The notes under the pieces: model-generated
The model's input: the letters and a program-made list of their open reading frames with translations, nothing else
Told to the model about the DNA's origin: nothing
Databases searched by the model: none
Assembly: GCA_001938485.1 (NCBI GenBank)
Contig: MQRK01168236.1
Location: 1-64,000 of the forward strand
Length of the DNA: 64,000 nucleotides
Origin: Girardia tigrina
Taxonomy: Eukaryota
Reading direction: 5' to 3'
Shown: positions 1-12,485 of the stretch, piece after piece
Position numbering within the stretch: the stretch's first letter is position 1
Layout of the letters: the number at the start of each line of letters is the position of its first letter
Program-made: the position numbers and the translations under genes

Positions 1-319
1 GAGCCATCATAATTTGTCGCCGAAGTTGGTTATACGGTTCGGCGTGCTGTATGATTGCTGCAAGGTGTGGTGCAAGAATTTGGAGTTGTTCTGCTGGAAT
101 CGCGCTGAGCAGGTTCTGAAACAGACTGTTCTGCGACTTGATGCGGATCGCCTTGAACCTGAAATCCATGAAGTCCAACCATACTTTGGGTGAACCGGTT
201 TGATCTACAAAGAATGTGGGTGGCGAAACCTTTAAAGAGTTTGTGTCCACATACTCATCTGAGATATGATCGGAGTCCGTATCGTTGCCCCCTAGTAATC
301 CGGTGTGATAGTCAAGCAT
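1..319 (-). mobile_element. LTR retrotransposon gag N-terminal fragment (DUF7041-like), running off the window start
   Basis: Not in the ORF track. Manual translation from the ATG at 319 gives MLDYHTG...KVSPPTFFVDQTGSPKVWLDFMDFRFKAIRIKSQNSLFQNLLSAIPAE...EPYNQLRRQIM, which fits the P-x-F...P..W....E..F...I.S...F..++..+P...PY..L+ pattern of Gypsy-type gag N-termini. Confidence 0.6.
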
Positions 320-3300
320 AGTGTGGTCTGTAATGCCGTATTGTAGCCATGTTATGCAACCCCTTAATNNNNNNNNNNNNNNNNNNNNNNNNNNNNNNNN
401 NNNNNNNNNNNNNNNNNNNNNNNNNNNNNNNNNNNNNNNNNNNNNNNNNNNNNNNNNNNNNNNNNNNNNNNNNNNNNNNNNNNNNNNTTATTCTGATCGA
501 TATGTAGCGTCTGTGTGACGGATTTGGTGTGGTTGTAATCTGTTCAGTGCATATGATAGTGTCTGTTTCTGTAGGTAGGATATGGTGAGCTTTAATGTGT
601 CGTGTCATGTGGTTTGTGTGGTCATCGGATGTGAAAGTTGTCGTCAGATTGTGCGGTTCCACTTGGGTTATAATTACTTTTATTTTATAATTAATTTCAA
701 AATTTAAATAATTTTTAAAAATTTTGTTATTTTTCCATTTACATATCGGTTGAAAAGAGTATTTAAGATAATTATTTGAAATATTAATATATTTAACATA
801 TTTTAGTTTTTTATTTAATACATTTAGTTGGACGGATGAATCGACAACAAAGGAACTTACATGAAAATTCATCGATAAAGTATCAGCATGTCGCGTCTGT
901 TCAGTTGTTGTCGTCGTCTGTCTCTTTGGGTGACTGGTTACGTTTTTCAGCATCTTTCGGTTCTCGGCGGCGTGACGGTGGTCCATGTCGGCATTGGATT
1001 GTTGATCCCGTCCTCTGTGATCCGTGAAGTGGACTGGCGGCGTTGCGCAGTTACTGTAGTGGCTAGAGCTTTTACTTCTGACACCATTGAGGAGTGGGCG
1101 CCACTTCGTCTATGTGAGACCTGAGCTGGCCCGATTGTCGTAAATCGATCCTGGGAATTGGATCGCGAGAAACTGCTAAAAAAAATAATACCCTACCAGT
1201 TTCGGATGGCGTTGGGATATAGTGGGGGCCGCCATCTTGCCCGACAGCTCCGGAATGATGTCGATGCGATTTGAGGTCCGGTGAGTTGTCGAACAGNNNN
1301 NNNNNNNNNNNNNNNNNNNNNNNNNNNNNNNNNNNNNNNNNNNNNNNNNNNNNNNNNNNNNNNNNNNNNNNNNNNNNNNNNNNNNNNNNNNNNNNNNNNN
1401 NNNNNNNNNNNNNNNNNNNNNNNNNNNNNNNNNNNNNNNNNNNNNNNNNNNNNNNNNNNNNNNNNNNNNNNNNNNNNNNNNNNNNNNNNNNNNNNNNNNN
1501 NNNNNNNNNNNNNNNNNNNNNNNNNNNNNNNNNNNNNNNNNNNNNNNNNNNNNNNNNNNNNNNNNNNNNNNNNNNNNNNNNNNNNNNNNNNNNNNNNNNN
1601 NNNNNNNNNNNNNNNNNNNNNNGAAAATCGAAACAGTTTTCGACGCATAAATCCTCTAATGAGCTGATATGCATTTTGGAGATATATGAAAGAAAGAGAG
1701 AGATATAGGTAGATGTAAACAGAGGTTGTGGTAGAAAAAAATAAACTTCAAGTAGAAAATGCCAGAATGAGATAAAAAGAAAATAATCGACAAATATTGA
1801 AAATATTTATTGTCATTAAAAAGATTTGAATAATCCACCGGAAATTAAGATTTATTTAAATGGTTAAAACAAAATTAATTTAGTTAATTCTTGTCTTTCA
1901 AATTAATTTCCGACATTTTTTACGTTCTAATGTTGTCGATTCACACCATTTTTTTAAATTAAATTTCGTATTTTTTTTGCACATTTTTTTGTTAGTTTTG
2001 ATAAAATTAAATTAGTTGATTAATAATTAATTTAGTTAAAATTAAATTAATAGTTAAATTAATAAATTGTGGTCACTACACTCCTTTTCGATTCAATTAT
2101 TTTACTGTACACATAATTATTAAAGTAAAAATTTATTTTTAATATATTTATATTTTAACGTTTTATTTGTATATTATTAGTTCCTTTAAAAATTTTGATA
2201 TTTCTCTATTTTTTAAGTCCTTATCATTTTTTAAAAATTTCATCTCCAGCTATTCATACCTTTTAAAGTATGCTAATCTCATTAAAAAATAATGTAAAAT
2301 AATAAAAAAATAATAACTGATTTTTGAATCATATACAATCTATCTATAAACATTCATAGAGATTTCTACCAGATTTTGTATGGACGACTTTATATATTAT
2401 ATAAAAACAGGGTCTTCTTAAACTCTTATATCGTCAACAATCTAAAAGCTTTAAAATCAAACATCGCTCTAAATGTCTATGGGGTTTGTTTCACGAAATC
2501 TTTGCAATACTACTAGTTTACATAGAGGTAATGAACGTAAAAAATATACTTGTCATCCAAGTTAGTGTTGCTTTCCATGAGCATTTGTTTTACAGATTCA
2601 GTGAGTAAAGCAAAATGAGCTTACAAGATTTATTTACGAATGCATTAACTTTTGAACTTCTTTTTATAGAGAATTCTTAATTTTTAACTAACATTTGCAA
2701 GTTTCTATACACATTTACTACCATCGATAAAATGTAGTAGTAAATGATAACTCTGTTTACAATTAAGATGCCGGCTTTCTAACCGAATGGCGGTGGCCAG
2801 CACCTCTTAATTGTGTGGGAAGATGCCGGAATTGATCAACCAGTTCCGTGGACGCCGGTAACCGATCGTACTGAGTGGCGCCCAGCAAGTACATTGTTGA
2901 GTAATGAACAACAATCGGTCGGCTGCGGCTTCCCGTACCACGTTACCGGCCCAGTGACCGCCGGATCTGCTCGAAAGAATAAGCGTTGCGCTGAATCCCC
3001 CCACAAGACACCGGATCGCCCGTCGGTGGGATACAGTGTGCTCATAGTGCACCGCGGGTTGAGATGTGGCGGCGTCCATTTCGGCTGAATTGGTTCAGTC
3101 CACCATTTGATAATGTGAATTGGCGGACTAAACATTTTGAATAACGTGATTTGATAAGAAATAATGAGGGAAAGAACGACAGTTATTTTTTTAATTCCCT
3201 TTACTTGCACGATATTCTTTTTATTTGATTTTTTTCCAGTTTTTTTTCATAATTTTGAATACAAACAAACAAAAGTTTTTTTTGTTGATAATCGGATCAC

Positions 3301-4037
3301 TACAACAATGAGCCCTTTTTGTTTAGATCATCATCTTAAATGATACAAATAATAATTATATTTGTATACAATAGTTATTATTTCATGATATAATAATATT
3401 ATTAATAATATTATTTTTTTGATATAGGGTGATGAAATTCTAAAAATTAATTAATACGACAATTTTGTATAATAAATTACATTATTTTCTTTTATTTTGC
3501 AATTTTTTTATATTTTGTCAAAATTATGATTGATTTGTTTTTATTTTTTTAAGTAATTTTTTATTTTGTTTTCATCGTTTCAACAATTTTCTTATTTACA
3601 TTCTATCATTTCTGATGCTTTATTTCCAGAAGAATTTTACGGTGCAAAACAACAGAAAAATATCACAATTGATGACATAAAATATAAAATTATAAAAATA
3701 ATTTTCGATGTGAAAATATTTGATTAATTTTTTATGTGACTTTTCCATTATAATTTTAACAAATCAGAATTTTTCTCATCATATATGAAATAATAATTTA
3801 TTTAAATGTTTTTGTTTTATTATTCTTTCAATATTTTAAAATTTTATAATCATTTATGATTTATAATCGATTAATTAACACTTGTTTATTAATTTTAAAA
3901 ATAATCTTTTTTCTTTAATTTTTAAAAAAATAATAAAACTGTGAAAACTGGAATTAAATAAAAACAATTAACAGATAGACAAACTGTATTTTGAATTATT
4001 CACAATACTGGCGAATTACCAATTTAAACAAAAATAA

Positions 4038-4254
4038 TTAAATCGCACTCTCCCTTGCATTCAAGACACAGACGCTTTCCGTGCACTGCAATGTTCTGCT
4101 TTTCTTTATTGCATTCACCCCTGCGCAAACGTAGTCCGCAAACTTTACTGGTCGGACAACTGTTCGTTGCGGCCTCGGTTTGATCATCTCGTCAGCCGGT
4201 AGCTGGTTGCTCTCGTAGTCGTCCCTTGCTCGGTCCCACGGCTGTTCGTCCTCA
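4038..4254 (-). mobile_element. 3' end of a Gypsy pol (integrase C-terminal tail) remnant
   Basis: GC-richer island translating to ...PRPQRTVVRPVKFADYV, the typical RPxRxxxxPxxxxDY tail of Gypsy pol. Confidence 0.5.
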
Positions 4255-4269
4255 TTGTCTGAACTGTAC

Positions 4270-4490
4270 ACTAAATTGGGTACACTGGCTTGCAAGGGAA
4301 GTAATCCAACTGATAGTAAAATGGCAAAAGAACGGCTTACGTTAGTCTTTCTCACCAATGCTAGTGGATCTGACAAGCGTATCTTTGTCATAGGAAAATC
4401 GGTCAGACCACGGTGTTTTAAAGGATTTAAAAATGTTCCTCTGCCATATTTTACAAATTCGATTTATGGATGACAGCTGACCTTTTCTTA
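4270..4490 (+). mobile_element. pogo/Tigger DDE_1 transposase fragment
   Basis: TLACKG...KMAKERLTLVFLTNASGSDKRIFVIGKSVRPRCFKG...PLPYFTN, then (frameshift) WMTADLF. Confidence 0.85.
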
Positions 4491-5857
4491 TATATTTGTA
4501 AAACACTATCTGTGAAACATTCGTTGAATCCATGCCATGTAGACTACAGGCTTGTATTCGTAATCGTGGTGCTACTGCACACAGTTACTGATTATGTGTC
4601 TTTATTTTGTTTACTGCTTTCTGTTTGCTTTCTTTTTATTCTCAATATAGTGCTTTTCAGTAATAAGCATGTATTTTTATCACCGTTCTGAGTAATATGA
4701 AACGAATTGTATATGAATATAAATAATTTATCATATTTTTATTTGTTTGCAACTTTCTGAAATATAAATATGGTGCGTTAGAGTTAAAAACGTTTGAAAA
4801 ATATTTTGAAATAAAAAAATATAATTAGCAAATGACTTTAATATCAAATAAATATAGATTGAACAAAACTCCTAAAAATAAATAAATATAAATGATGATA
4901 TAATAGAAAGTATGTGACCATTTCTATCAACAATTTATCTGATAATTAAGTATAATTTCGTAAATGAGAAAATATCAGAAAAATAATTAGAAAATATCAA
5001 TGAAAAAACAGAATTACAAAAATCAGAAAACTTGAAATATATAAAAATGTATTATGGAAAATATAACGAAATAAAATATAATATATCATAAAACTTGTAT
5101 CATAATATATACATTACATTTATTTTTTTAATATATGATTAATAAAACATTATTTAACAATGTTAATCGTGATGAATACAAAAATGTAAAATTAAATCTT
5201 AATATACGAAATTTGAAACTAAATTAAATTTGTCTACAAACTTTTTTGTCTATTTAAGAAGCAGAATGTGCAGAATATAATATAAAATATATTACACGTG
5301 TATTTCAACTTACATATATTGTTCTGATCTTCTATCTTACAGTCAAACTCATTATTGTTTCCTTTTTTTCTACAACAGTCATCTTTTGCTTTTGTGAAAT
5401 TGAAAAGATATAATTGAAAGTATAGACACAGTCATCTCAATGATGTACGTACGTCCATAAATTCTTCCAATGTTTATATGGGATTATAAATAAACTTACA
5501 CAAAGATTGTTCAATTTTCGTAAGTTGATGTACTTATAATAAGGATTTAGATTAGTTCATATTCTTATAATTATGAACTATATTTGAAAAAATGTATGAC
5601 AAACATAAATTGTAATCGTTGTTCGTCCGATATTCCTGAATTAAATTTTTTTTGAAATTGCTTTTATTGAATTTCAAACTTTTTTTATTTCTTGATCTTC
5701 CAATATTAAAAATGTGTCCCTTGTACGACAACTAATTTTAGTTGAGTCCGGTAACAAATTCTTTGTAAACTTTAAGTAATTTGAATCTGTTTTATTCTTC
5801 TAACAATATCTCCATGTATTGCCCTAAATCTATTTCTTAATAATGACGTACGATTAC

Positions 5858-7820
5858 TAAGGCCCACAATTTACCGCAGCCTGCAGAATTTAGTGGATTT
5901 TAGAGAAAAAAACTCCATGTCGTGGAATTACCCTACCAGTGCTAAAAATAGTAGTGCATTTTTTTAAAAAAAATATTGAAGAAATGTATTAAATAGCTAA
6001 TTTTGTGGCAGTAATTAATAATTACTTTTTAATTTCCGATATGGAAATTATTGAAATATTAGTGTTCGGATTATTCACAGAACTTAAAAAGTAATTGTAT
6101 GCCATATTTTATTTCGTTAAGTAATTCAAGCTGATGTGACTACATTTTGGAGTGCGTTACAGGATAGACTACCTTGATTAGCAGCACTTGCTACAGTTTA
6201 CATTTTGTAAAAATAGACTCAAATAGTAAACAGAATGCGTCTATTTTTACTACAAAATGAATTATAAAAAGAACAAAATTATGATCAAGTCTTAACAATA
6301 ACACTTTAAATAAAAACTAATGATAAATAACCTTTATTCAGACATAAAGAACATAAATAAACTTTTCCTAATCACACGGTTAATAGTCATAATTCTGTTA
6401 ACTTTTCCATCAATAACTTTTTATTGATTTTCTTAATTTTCTTTTAATTATCATCTTATTGTAAATTATAATTATTCATCGTGACATTTATTTATCATAA
6501 AAATCGAGAATAAAAAGATCAAAATGATTGCGGATGGAATCAGTCTTTTTTGAGAGTTACAAAAGTTTGTTTGGCAACATTCTGTATTGATGTGGAACCT
6601 TCGAAAGATATCACACGTTACTGGGTAACAGTTTCTGATGGCTGATTCTTTAACGATAGACGCCGTGCATGATTTACAAAGACTCGATTTACCGCTTGCG
6701 GAGAATGAGTCGTAACAATCAACAAACAGAATTGATAAAATTTGATTTCAGACCACTGTAATACTCAGTTTCAAATGGATGTTCTTGAGCTCAACTAAAC
6801 AGTCCATCCAATCCAAATTACATTCTCGTTCTCAACCCTCTCAAGCAGAGAATCAATTGTGATTGTTTTAGAAGAAATCTTTCGATTGAAAGTCATCTCA
6901 TTATTCCACCTAATCTTTTATTTGATATCCTTCTATTTAATTTAGCCAGCATCTTTTTCAAATAAAATTGAATTCAACGTTCGTTTTGTTTGTTAACAAA
7001 ATATTGTTTTCAGTTGATTCTGTTTAATTTTCTTTTCTTGAAGAGGATGTGTTTGATTAATATGAAACTTGTTTACTGTCTTTATTTAATTGATGCAACG
7101 TTTTTNNNNNNNNNNNNNNNNNNNNNNNNNNNNNNNNNNNNNNNNNNNNNNNNNNNNNNNNNNNNNNNNNNNNNGAACACCAACAACCACACTTCACTAA
7201 ATACAAAAGGTACCAAAAATACACAGGACTCCCTATGTAAAAAGGAAAAAACCAATCACACCAAGGCCTTGTACAAAAACAAAAGAAAGAAAATCACATA
7301 CACACATAACCAAAAAAAATAAAGAATCAGTAGGGCACTACACATTTCACTACCGATCTCTTCTGTTGATGTGTAACGTTCTTTCATAAATTATGAATTG
7401 GTGTGAAATAAAAGCATTTAATTAGATAATAATAACATTTAAATTAAATTCATTTTTAACAATTTGATATCATTTTTATTATTTTGGGTTTTTATTAAGA
7501 AATGATTAAAATTATAATTTTTAATTAATATTTTTAGAAATTAAATATTTTAAAAAAATTTAGAAAAAATGTTCGAATACTCATCATAAAAGTAGAAATA
7601 ACAAAACGAATTAGAACAATGTACAATTGTGAAATATCTTCTGAGAGTTGTAATGACTCTAATTGTGACAAATAAAAAATCAAATGAAAATGATCTCAAC
7701 GTTCTTAACAGTTATTTTACTTGTATTATTATTTGTTTGTACATGTTTCAGGGAGACACACAATATGCCGCTGTATGCCGTGGAATTTATCTTTTTTTTG
7801 CCGCCTAATCGTGGGCCCTA
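5858..7820. mobile_element. Non-autonomous hAT element with 8-bp TSD
   Basis: TIRs TAAGGCCCACAATT (5858) and AATCGTGGGCCCTA (to 7820). Perfect flanking TSD ACGATTAC at 5850-5857 and 7821-7828. Internal hAT dimerisation-like fragment DVTTFWSALQDRLP*LAALATVYI at about 6130-6205. Spans an N gap. Confidence 0.85.
7430..7710 (+). mobile_element. Partial LTR (family A, 3' half) nested in the hAT element
   Basis: Aligns by eye to 36600-36900 and ends GTTCTTAACA. The start is approximate. Confidence 0.7.
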
Positions 7821-8442
7821 ACGATTACCTTCAGACAATCAGTTATTCCTAGATCATCTCAGATCTAAAAGGTCTAAAGAAAAACTTTTCTCAAGCAATC
7901 ATAGAACCAATTTTCTAGAATATATTGAACTTCTATTTGAGCGTAAAAGCAAAAACTTAGTTGCAGACATAATGTATCACCTTTACAAATCTATCACACG
8001 AAAAAGGTCTTTCAAACAGAAATTATAAACTTGCGTCATTGCAGAGTTTTGTGTTTATGTGAACTTTGTATAAATAGAGTGAATTTCAAAAAAATAAAGA
8101 CTTTCTTGTCGTTAATTTGAATAATTTCAATAAAAAAATTATGTCGTACGATTTGTGCATTAATGGTATCAATGATAAAAGTTCTGTCATATTTGACATT
8201 GGAAACTCTTTAACATGTTTTGGATTTTGGAAGAATCATCTCTGAGATCGTTTATATAGCTCAGTGCTTCCCAAACTTTTTGAATTTCGGACCGCTTGCT
8301 TAATAATTATTCTTTCTGCGGACTCCATATCAATATTTTTATTAAAATTGTTCGTACTTATGAACATTTTAATGAAAATTAAAAACATTTCTATTAGAAT
8401 TACGCATTAAAATTAAATTCTAATCATTTGTTATTTTTAAAA

Positions 8443-9120
8443 TAGGGCTGTAACGGTGCACCAGTGCACCAAAATGAAAAGTTTGTTTTGGTTATTTATT
8501 AATTTTTAATAAATTATTTTTAATGAAGACTGTATTGAATCGACGGTTTCATGAAAAACGAAACATAATAATAAACAATTTACGTGATGTAGATCATTTG
8601 TCACTAAATACAGATATCTGGACTTCGAATAGCCAATGTGGTTATATTTCTTTGACTGTAAATTATATTACCGATAATTTAAATTTGAAAACTCATCTTC
8701 TCACCACAAAATAATTTTCGGAAAGCCATACAGGAAAAAATATCGCTAAATAAATTTGTACAATCTTGGACGATTAGAAGATAAATATTAGTATCATTAT
8801 TGTAATTGTTATAGATAATGCTAGAAATATGACTGCTACATTTCCAGAGCATAAATTTAGACATGAATCTTGCTTCGCACATTCAATGCAGTTATCTGTA
8901 TCAAAAAGGTTATATTATGTTAAAAATTTACTGGAAATGTATCGGAAGTTGGTTGGATATTTTAATCACAGTACTCTGGTTACTTAAACTTCAAACATTT
9001 GTCAAAAAAACTTAACCTTCGAAACATAGGTTGTTTCAAGACTCCATAACTAGATGTAACTCTTCGGTTGACATTTTAGAGCGTTTATTGGGAAATAAAA
9101 TTTCCATTCTGCAGTTTTAC
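8443..9120 (+). mobile_element. Ac/ZBED-like hAT transposase fragment nested in the Buster element
   Basis: Begins with a TAGGGCTGTAACG TIR-like end. Encodes SLNTDIWTSNSQCGYISLTVNYI, then HTG.NIA, IDNARNM, CFAHSMQL and a TR(W)NS-like motif, with stops and frameshifts. Confidence 0.8.
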
Positions 9121-9504
9121 AGTCATATAAATGTGTTTCAGTAACTTTTTAGCTTTGTTTTAATTCTTTTAATTTTAGTTGAAACTAGTAATTTAAAAAA
9201 TTAAATTTTTTATATCCATTCTTTATGCAGACAGAACTCTACTTTGCTAACAAAGCTTTAAAATTTAAAAAATTTAAATTAAAATAACACAATAAAAATG
9301 AATATAAACTACTTATAATTTATAAGTAGATATCTTGTAATTAATATTGTTCCGGAACTCCGAATTTTCCGTTTTTTCTCATTTTGGGATCTTAAAAAGT
9401 TTTTCGATCAAATTTTTACATAATCATTTATTGTCATCAAGAATGAGTAACTGCAAAGTTTGAGAAAATTTATTAAAAGGCTTTCAAAAACAGGTTTCTA
9501 AATT

Positions 9505-9507
<3 letters not shown>

Positions 9508-9540
<33 letters not shown>

Positions 9541-9590
9541 NNNNNNNNNNNNNNNNNNNNNNNNNNNNNNNNNNNNNNNNNNNNNNNNNN

Positions 9591-9622
<32 letters not shown>
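9508..9622. repeat. (TA)n microsatellite spanning an assembly gap
   Basis: Direct observation. Confidence 0.95.
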
Positions 9623-9627
<5 letters not shown>

Positions 9628-9834
9628 GAAAGTAAGTTAATAAAAAGAATGGAAAAATATAGAGGTTTCTCCAAGTATTTTTTATGCATAGTTTCTAATT
9701 GTTTTCGAAGTTTAGAAAGTTTTATTGCATCGTTCGACAATATTTTCTGACATAACACAAATAGGTTTTTCAGTATCATTTACATAAGTACATGTACATC
9801 CGAGTTGTAAGTAGTCATCGCTGTATTTTCGTCC

Positions 9835-10280
9835 TTTTAAGAACATCAATTTGACTTTTCATATTTTTATTCACACAACAATATGGATTGTCCTTAAGAC
9901 ATTCTTTGTCAAAGCTTTCGTACGATTGCATTCTAAACTAAATTGATTAATGAATTAATTCGTATTATTTTTAGCAAACGGAGACATAAATAATTTATTA
10001 AAATATGTACTCAAAACTTATTGGATAGAAATTAAAATTATTAAATTATTATTAAGATTATTAATTATTTAAAAAATATTAATTTGATTTATTTATTAAA
10101 AATGGTAAAAATTAATTAACTTATTTAAAATTTTACGATTATTTGAATTTAAAAATAAATTTAAATATTACATATTTTTAGATTATAAGAATTCAAATAT
10201 TAATCATCCATCTGGGTAGGAGAGACACAATTATAAATCAACATGCAACAGTAAAACACAAAACATCAAACATTCAAAAT
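9835..10280 (-). mobile_element. LTR family A copy (reverse orientation)
   Basis: Reverse complement contains TCTCCTACCCAGATGGA and the 3' block ATGCAATCGTACGAAAGCTTT...GTTCTTAAAA. Confidence 0.75.
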
Positions 10281-11792
10281 ATAATATTATCTTTTTTGGA
10301 TGATTCTTTCGAAAAATTAATTTATTCGAAAAAATAGATTATACCTTGGTTTCAGATTTATGAATAAGAGTACATAAGAGTACAATTTTATCAGTACAAT
10401 TTTAGCAAATAATATATTTAGCATAAATTATAAATTCATATTACATTGTCGTCTTTATTATATTTTATTTTATAATATTTCGTAGAATAACGAATTTGTT
10501 GTTTTTAAAAAGGTCAAGAAATGGAGGATACTGATGATCACCAAATATTAGAAAAAATAATTAAAAATAAGAAAGATAAATGAAAGTGATAAGGTTTAAA
10601 AGGAGATAAGACAGACTGCTTTTTGTTTCAACATCATGGTCATCTGCTAAATTTGCAAATTCACATTGAAAGTCTTTGAAAAGTTTAATCTGCAGTTTAT
10701 TTTATTTCATTTTTTATAAAATTTATTTGATCATTTTGTGGACCAAAGTTTGGGAAGCACTGATCTAGCCAGTGATTAAACAAGAAAACGAAACGAAATT
10801 TTTGTCAAACATTGTTAATGCAGAAGACGAAAGAAATTTTCTGATAGATTTTCTATATGAAATTTATTATTGAAGATTGTTAGTAAATCCGAAAGATCGA
10901 GTTGTCGTTGTCTAATCGATATTCAATTCGTCACAGAAGAGAATTTTTGGCAAACTTTCTCCTTAAACATTTTGACTCGGTTTTAGTGATTGACTGTGGG
11001 TACAAAGAATATAACCCGGTTCCTGTGTTTGAAGATTTTCATTTATTAAAAAACTTGCAGGCGGCCCTCTCCAAATTTCTACTCTAACAAGGGTGATTTA
11101 GTTATTGAAAGAACCTTTAAGTAAAAACAAATTGTTAGTTCTTCTTACTCTTTCAACGTATAAGAAGTCGGTCATCGTATGTTTCAGATGAAATTTATCA
11201 AAGATTTGTCCTTACTTAACGAAACATTTTTATTGTTAAACACAAAATCTTCATTTCAAGCACTTTTTTAAAAATCTTTTCATAAAGAATAATAATAATA
11301 GTTTTTTTAAAGTATAAATTTTTGTGATTAAAATTATTTTTATTTTTAGTTACCCGGTAACCTTCCGTTTTAATGAATGAGTACTATTAAAACAAAAAGT
11401 AATAGTAATTCAAAAATTAATCAACATAAAAATACTGGTTTTCTATTAAAATATAATTTCATTACCGGATGTTGTGATTTCTATTTCTTTTCTCTTTTTT
11501 TTCCTTTTATTATGTCAACCCACATAACTTCCTTACCAGTCAAACGAATACGTGTCACTTTGTATTTATTCTCCATAACAAGTTATTTATTTATTTTAAT
11601 TTTTGTCTGCAAAAAATTTTGTATTAAGAAAATCATCATTTATTTTCATCCCTAAAATTGGATAAATGTAATATTTATCATAAAATCAGTAAAAATTACC
11701 TTTCGAATTCAGAACTAATATTTTTGTTATCAACATTCTTTTCTTTTTTTATTATAATTATTAATTTATGATTATTTATATAATTTTATTAT

Positions 11793-12485
11793 TGTATGTT
11801 GTGTTTGATATTTTAAATCCATTAGGATTGTGTTTCTCCCACCCAGATGGAGGATTGACATTTTCAATGTTGTGAACCATTGGATTATTCAAACAATTTC
11901 AAAAATGTAAATAACAACTTTAAAATTAAATTAATATATTTTAATCAATGAATATTATAAGAATTTTCCATATTGAAAATCCAAAAAATTGATAAACTTT
12001 TATTTTTATTACACAATCAAATAATGTGCGTCTAAAATTAATTACTCTGATTGATTTAAACAATCTCAGGAGTTTTTTTATATATTCAGGATCCTTGATA
12101 TAATATGATTTTGATATAAATAATTATATGTATTTTAATTTATAAATATATAGTAATTAATTATTCTCAAAAAAATATTATAATATTTGAATCAAGTTAT
12201 TTTAAATTTATTTAAATATTTTAATAGTGTATTATAAAGTAAAGATTTATTTAATCATAAATAATATATTTAAAAGGAATTGAAATACTTTTGAAAATAA
12301 TAATAAAATATTTAAGTAAGGAATTGTAATTTATATTTCTTCAAATAATTAGAAGTTTATATTAGAATTAAAATTTATCAATCAAGAACGATGTCTAACT
12401 ATGAAAGTTTTGTGGAGAATTGTCCTGGAGACAACTCGAGTTCTGATGTCAATAAATGTATTGGAATATATATGTGTTCTTAATA
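11793..12485 (+). mobile_element. LTR family A copy
   Basis: Contains TTCTCCCACCCAGATGGA (about 11835) and the 3' block ATGTCTAACTATGAAAG...GTTCTTAATA. The 5' boundary is uncertain. Confidence 0.75.

Larger units (their letters stand above)
8262..10762. mobile_element. Buster/Charlie-type hAT element (deleted, composite)
   Basis: TIRs CAGTGCTTCCCAAACTTT (8262) and AAAGTTTGGGAAGCACTG (to 10762). Imperfect 8-bp TSD ATATAGCT/ATCTAGCC with the central TA typical of Buster targets. The segment 10480-10700 is homologous to the Buster 5' coding region at 13690-13920. Confidence 0.85.
8141..11068 (+). pseudogene. ACTR10: Actin-related protein 10 (Arp11, dynactin) pseudogene split by a hAT insertion
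   Basis: 8141-8261 encodes MSYDLCINGINDKSSVIFDIGNSLTCFGF. After the insertion (from 10763) it reads PVIKQ...FLIDFLYEIYY*RLLVNPKDRVVVV*SIF, then (frameshift) REFLANFLLKHFDSVLVIDCGYKEYNPVPVFEDFHLLKNLQA. This matches the ACTR10 motifs V(I)DLG..TKCGF, LLVNP(R/K)DRRVV and VLDCGYRES..PIYEG. It carries stops and frameshifts. Confidence 0.85.

Noticed and set aside
312-1708. Long ORFs in the ORF track
   Set aside because: They are open only because they run through N gaps.
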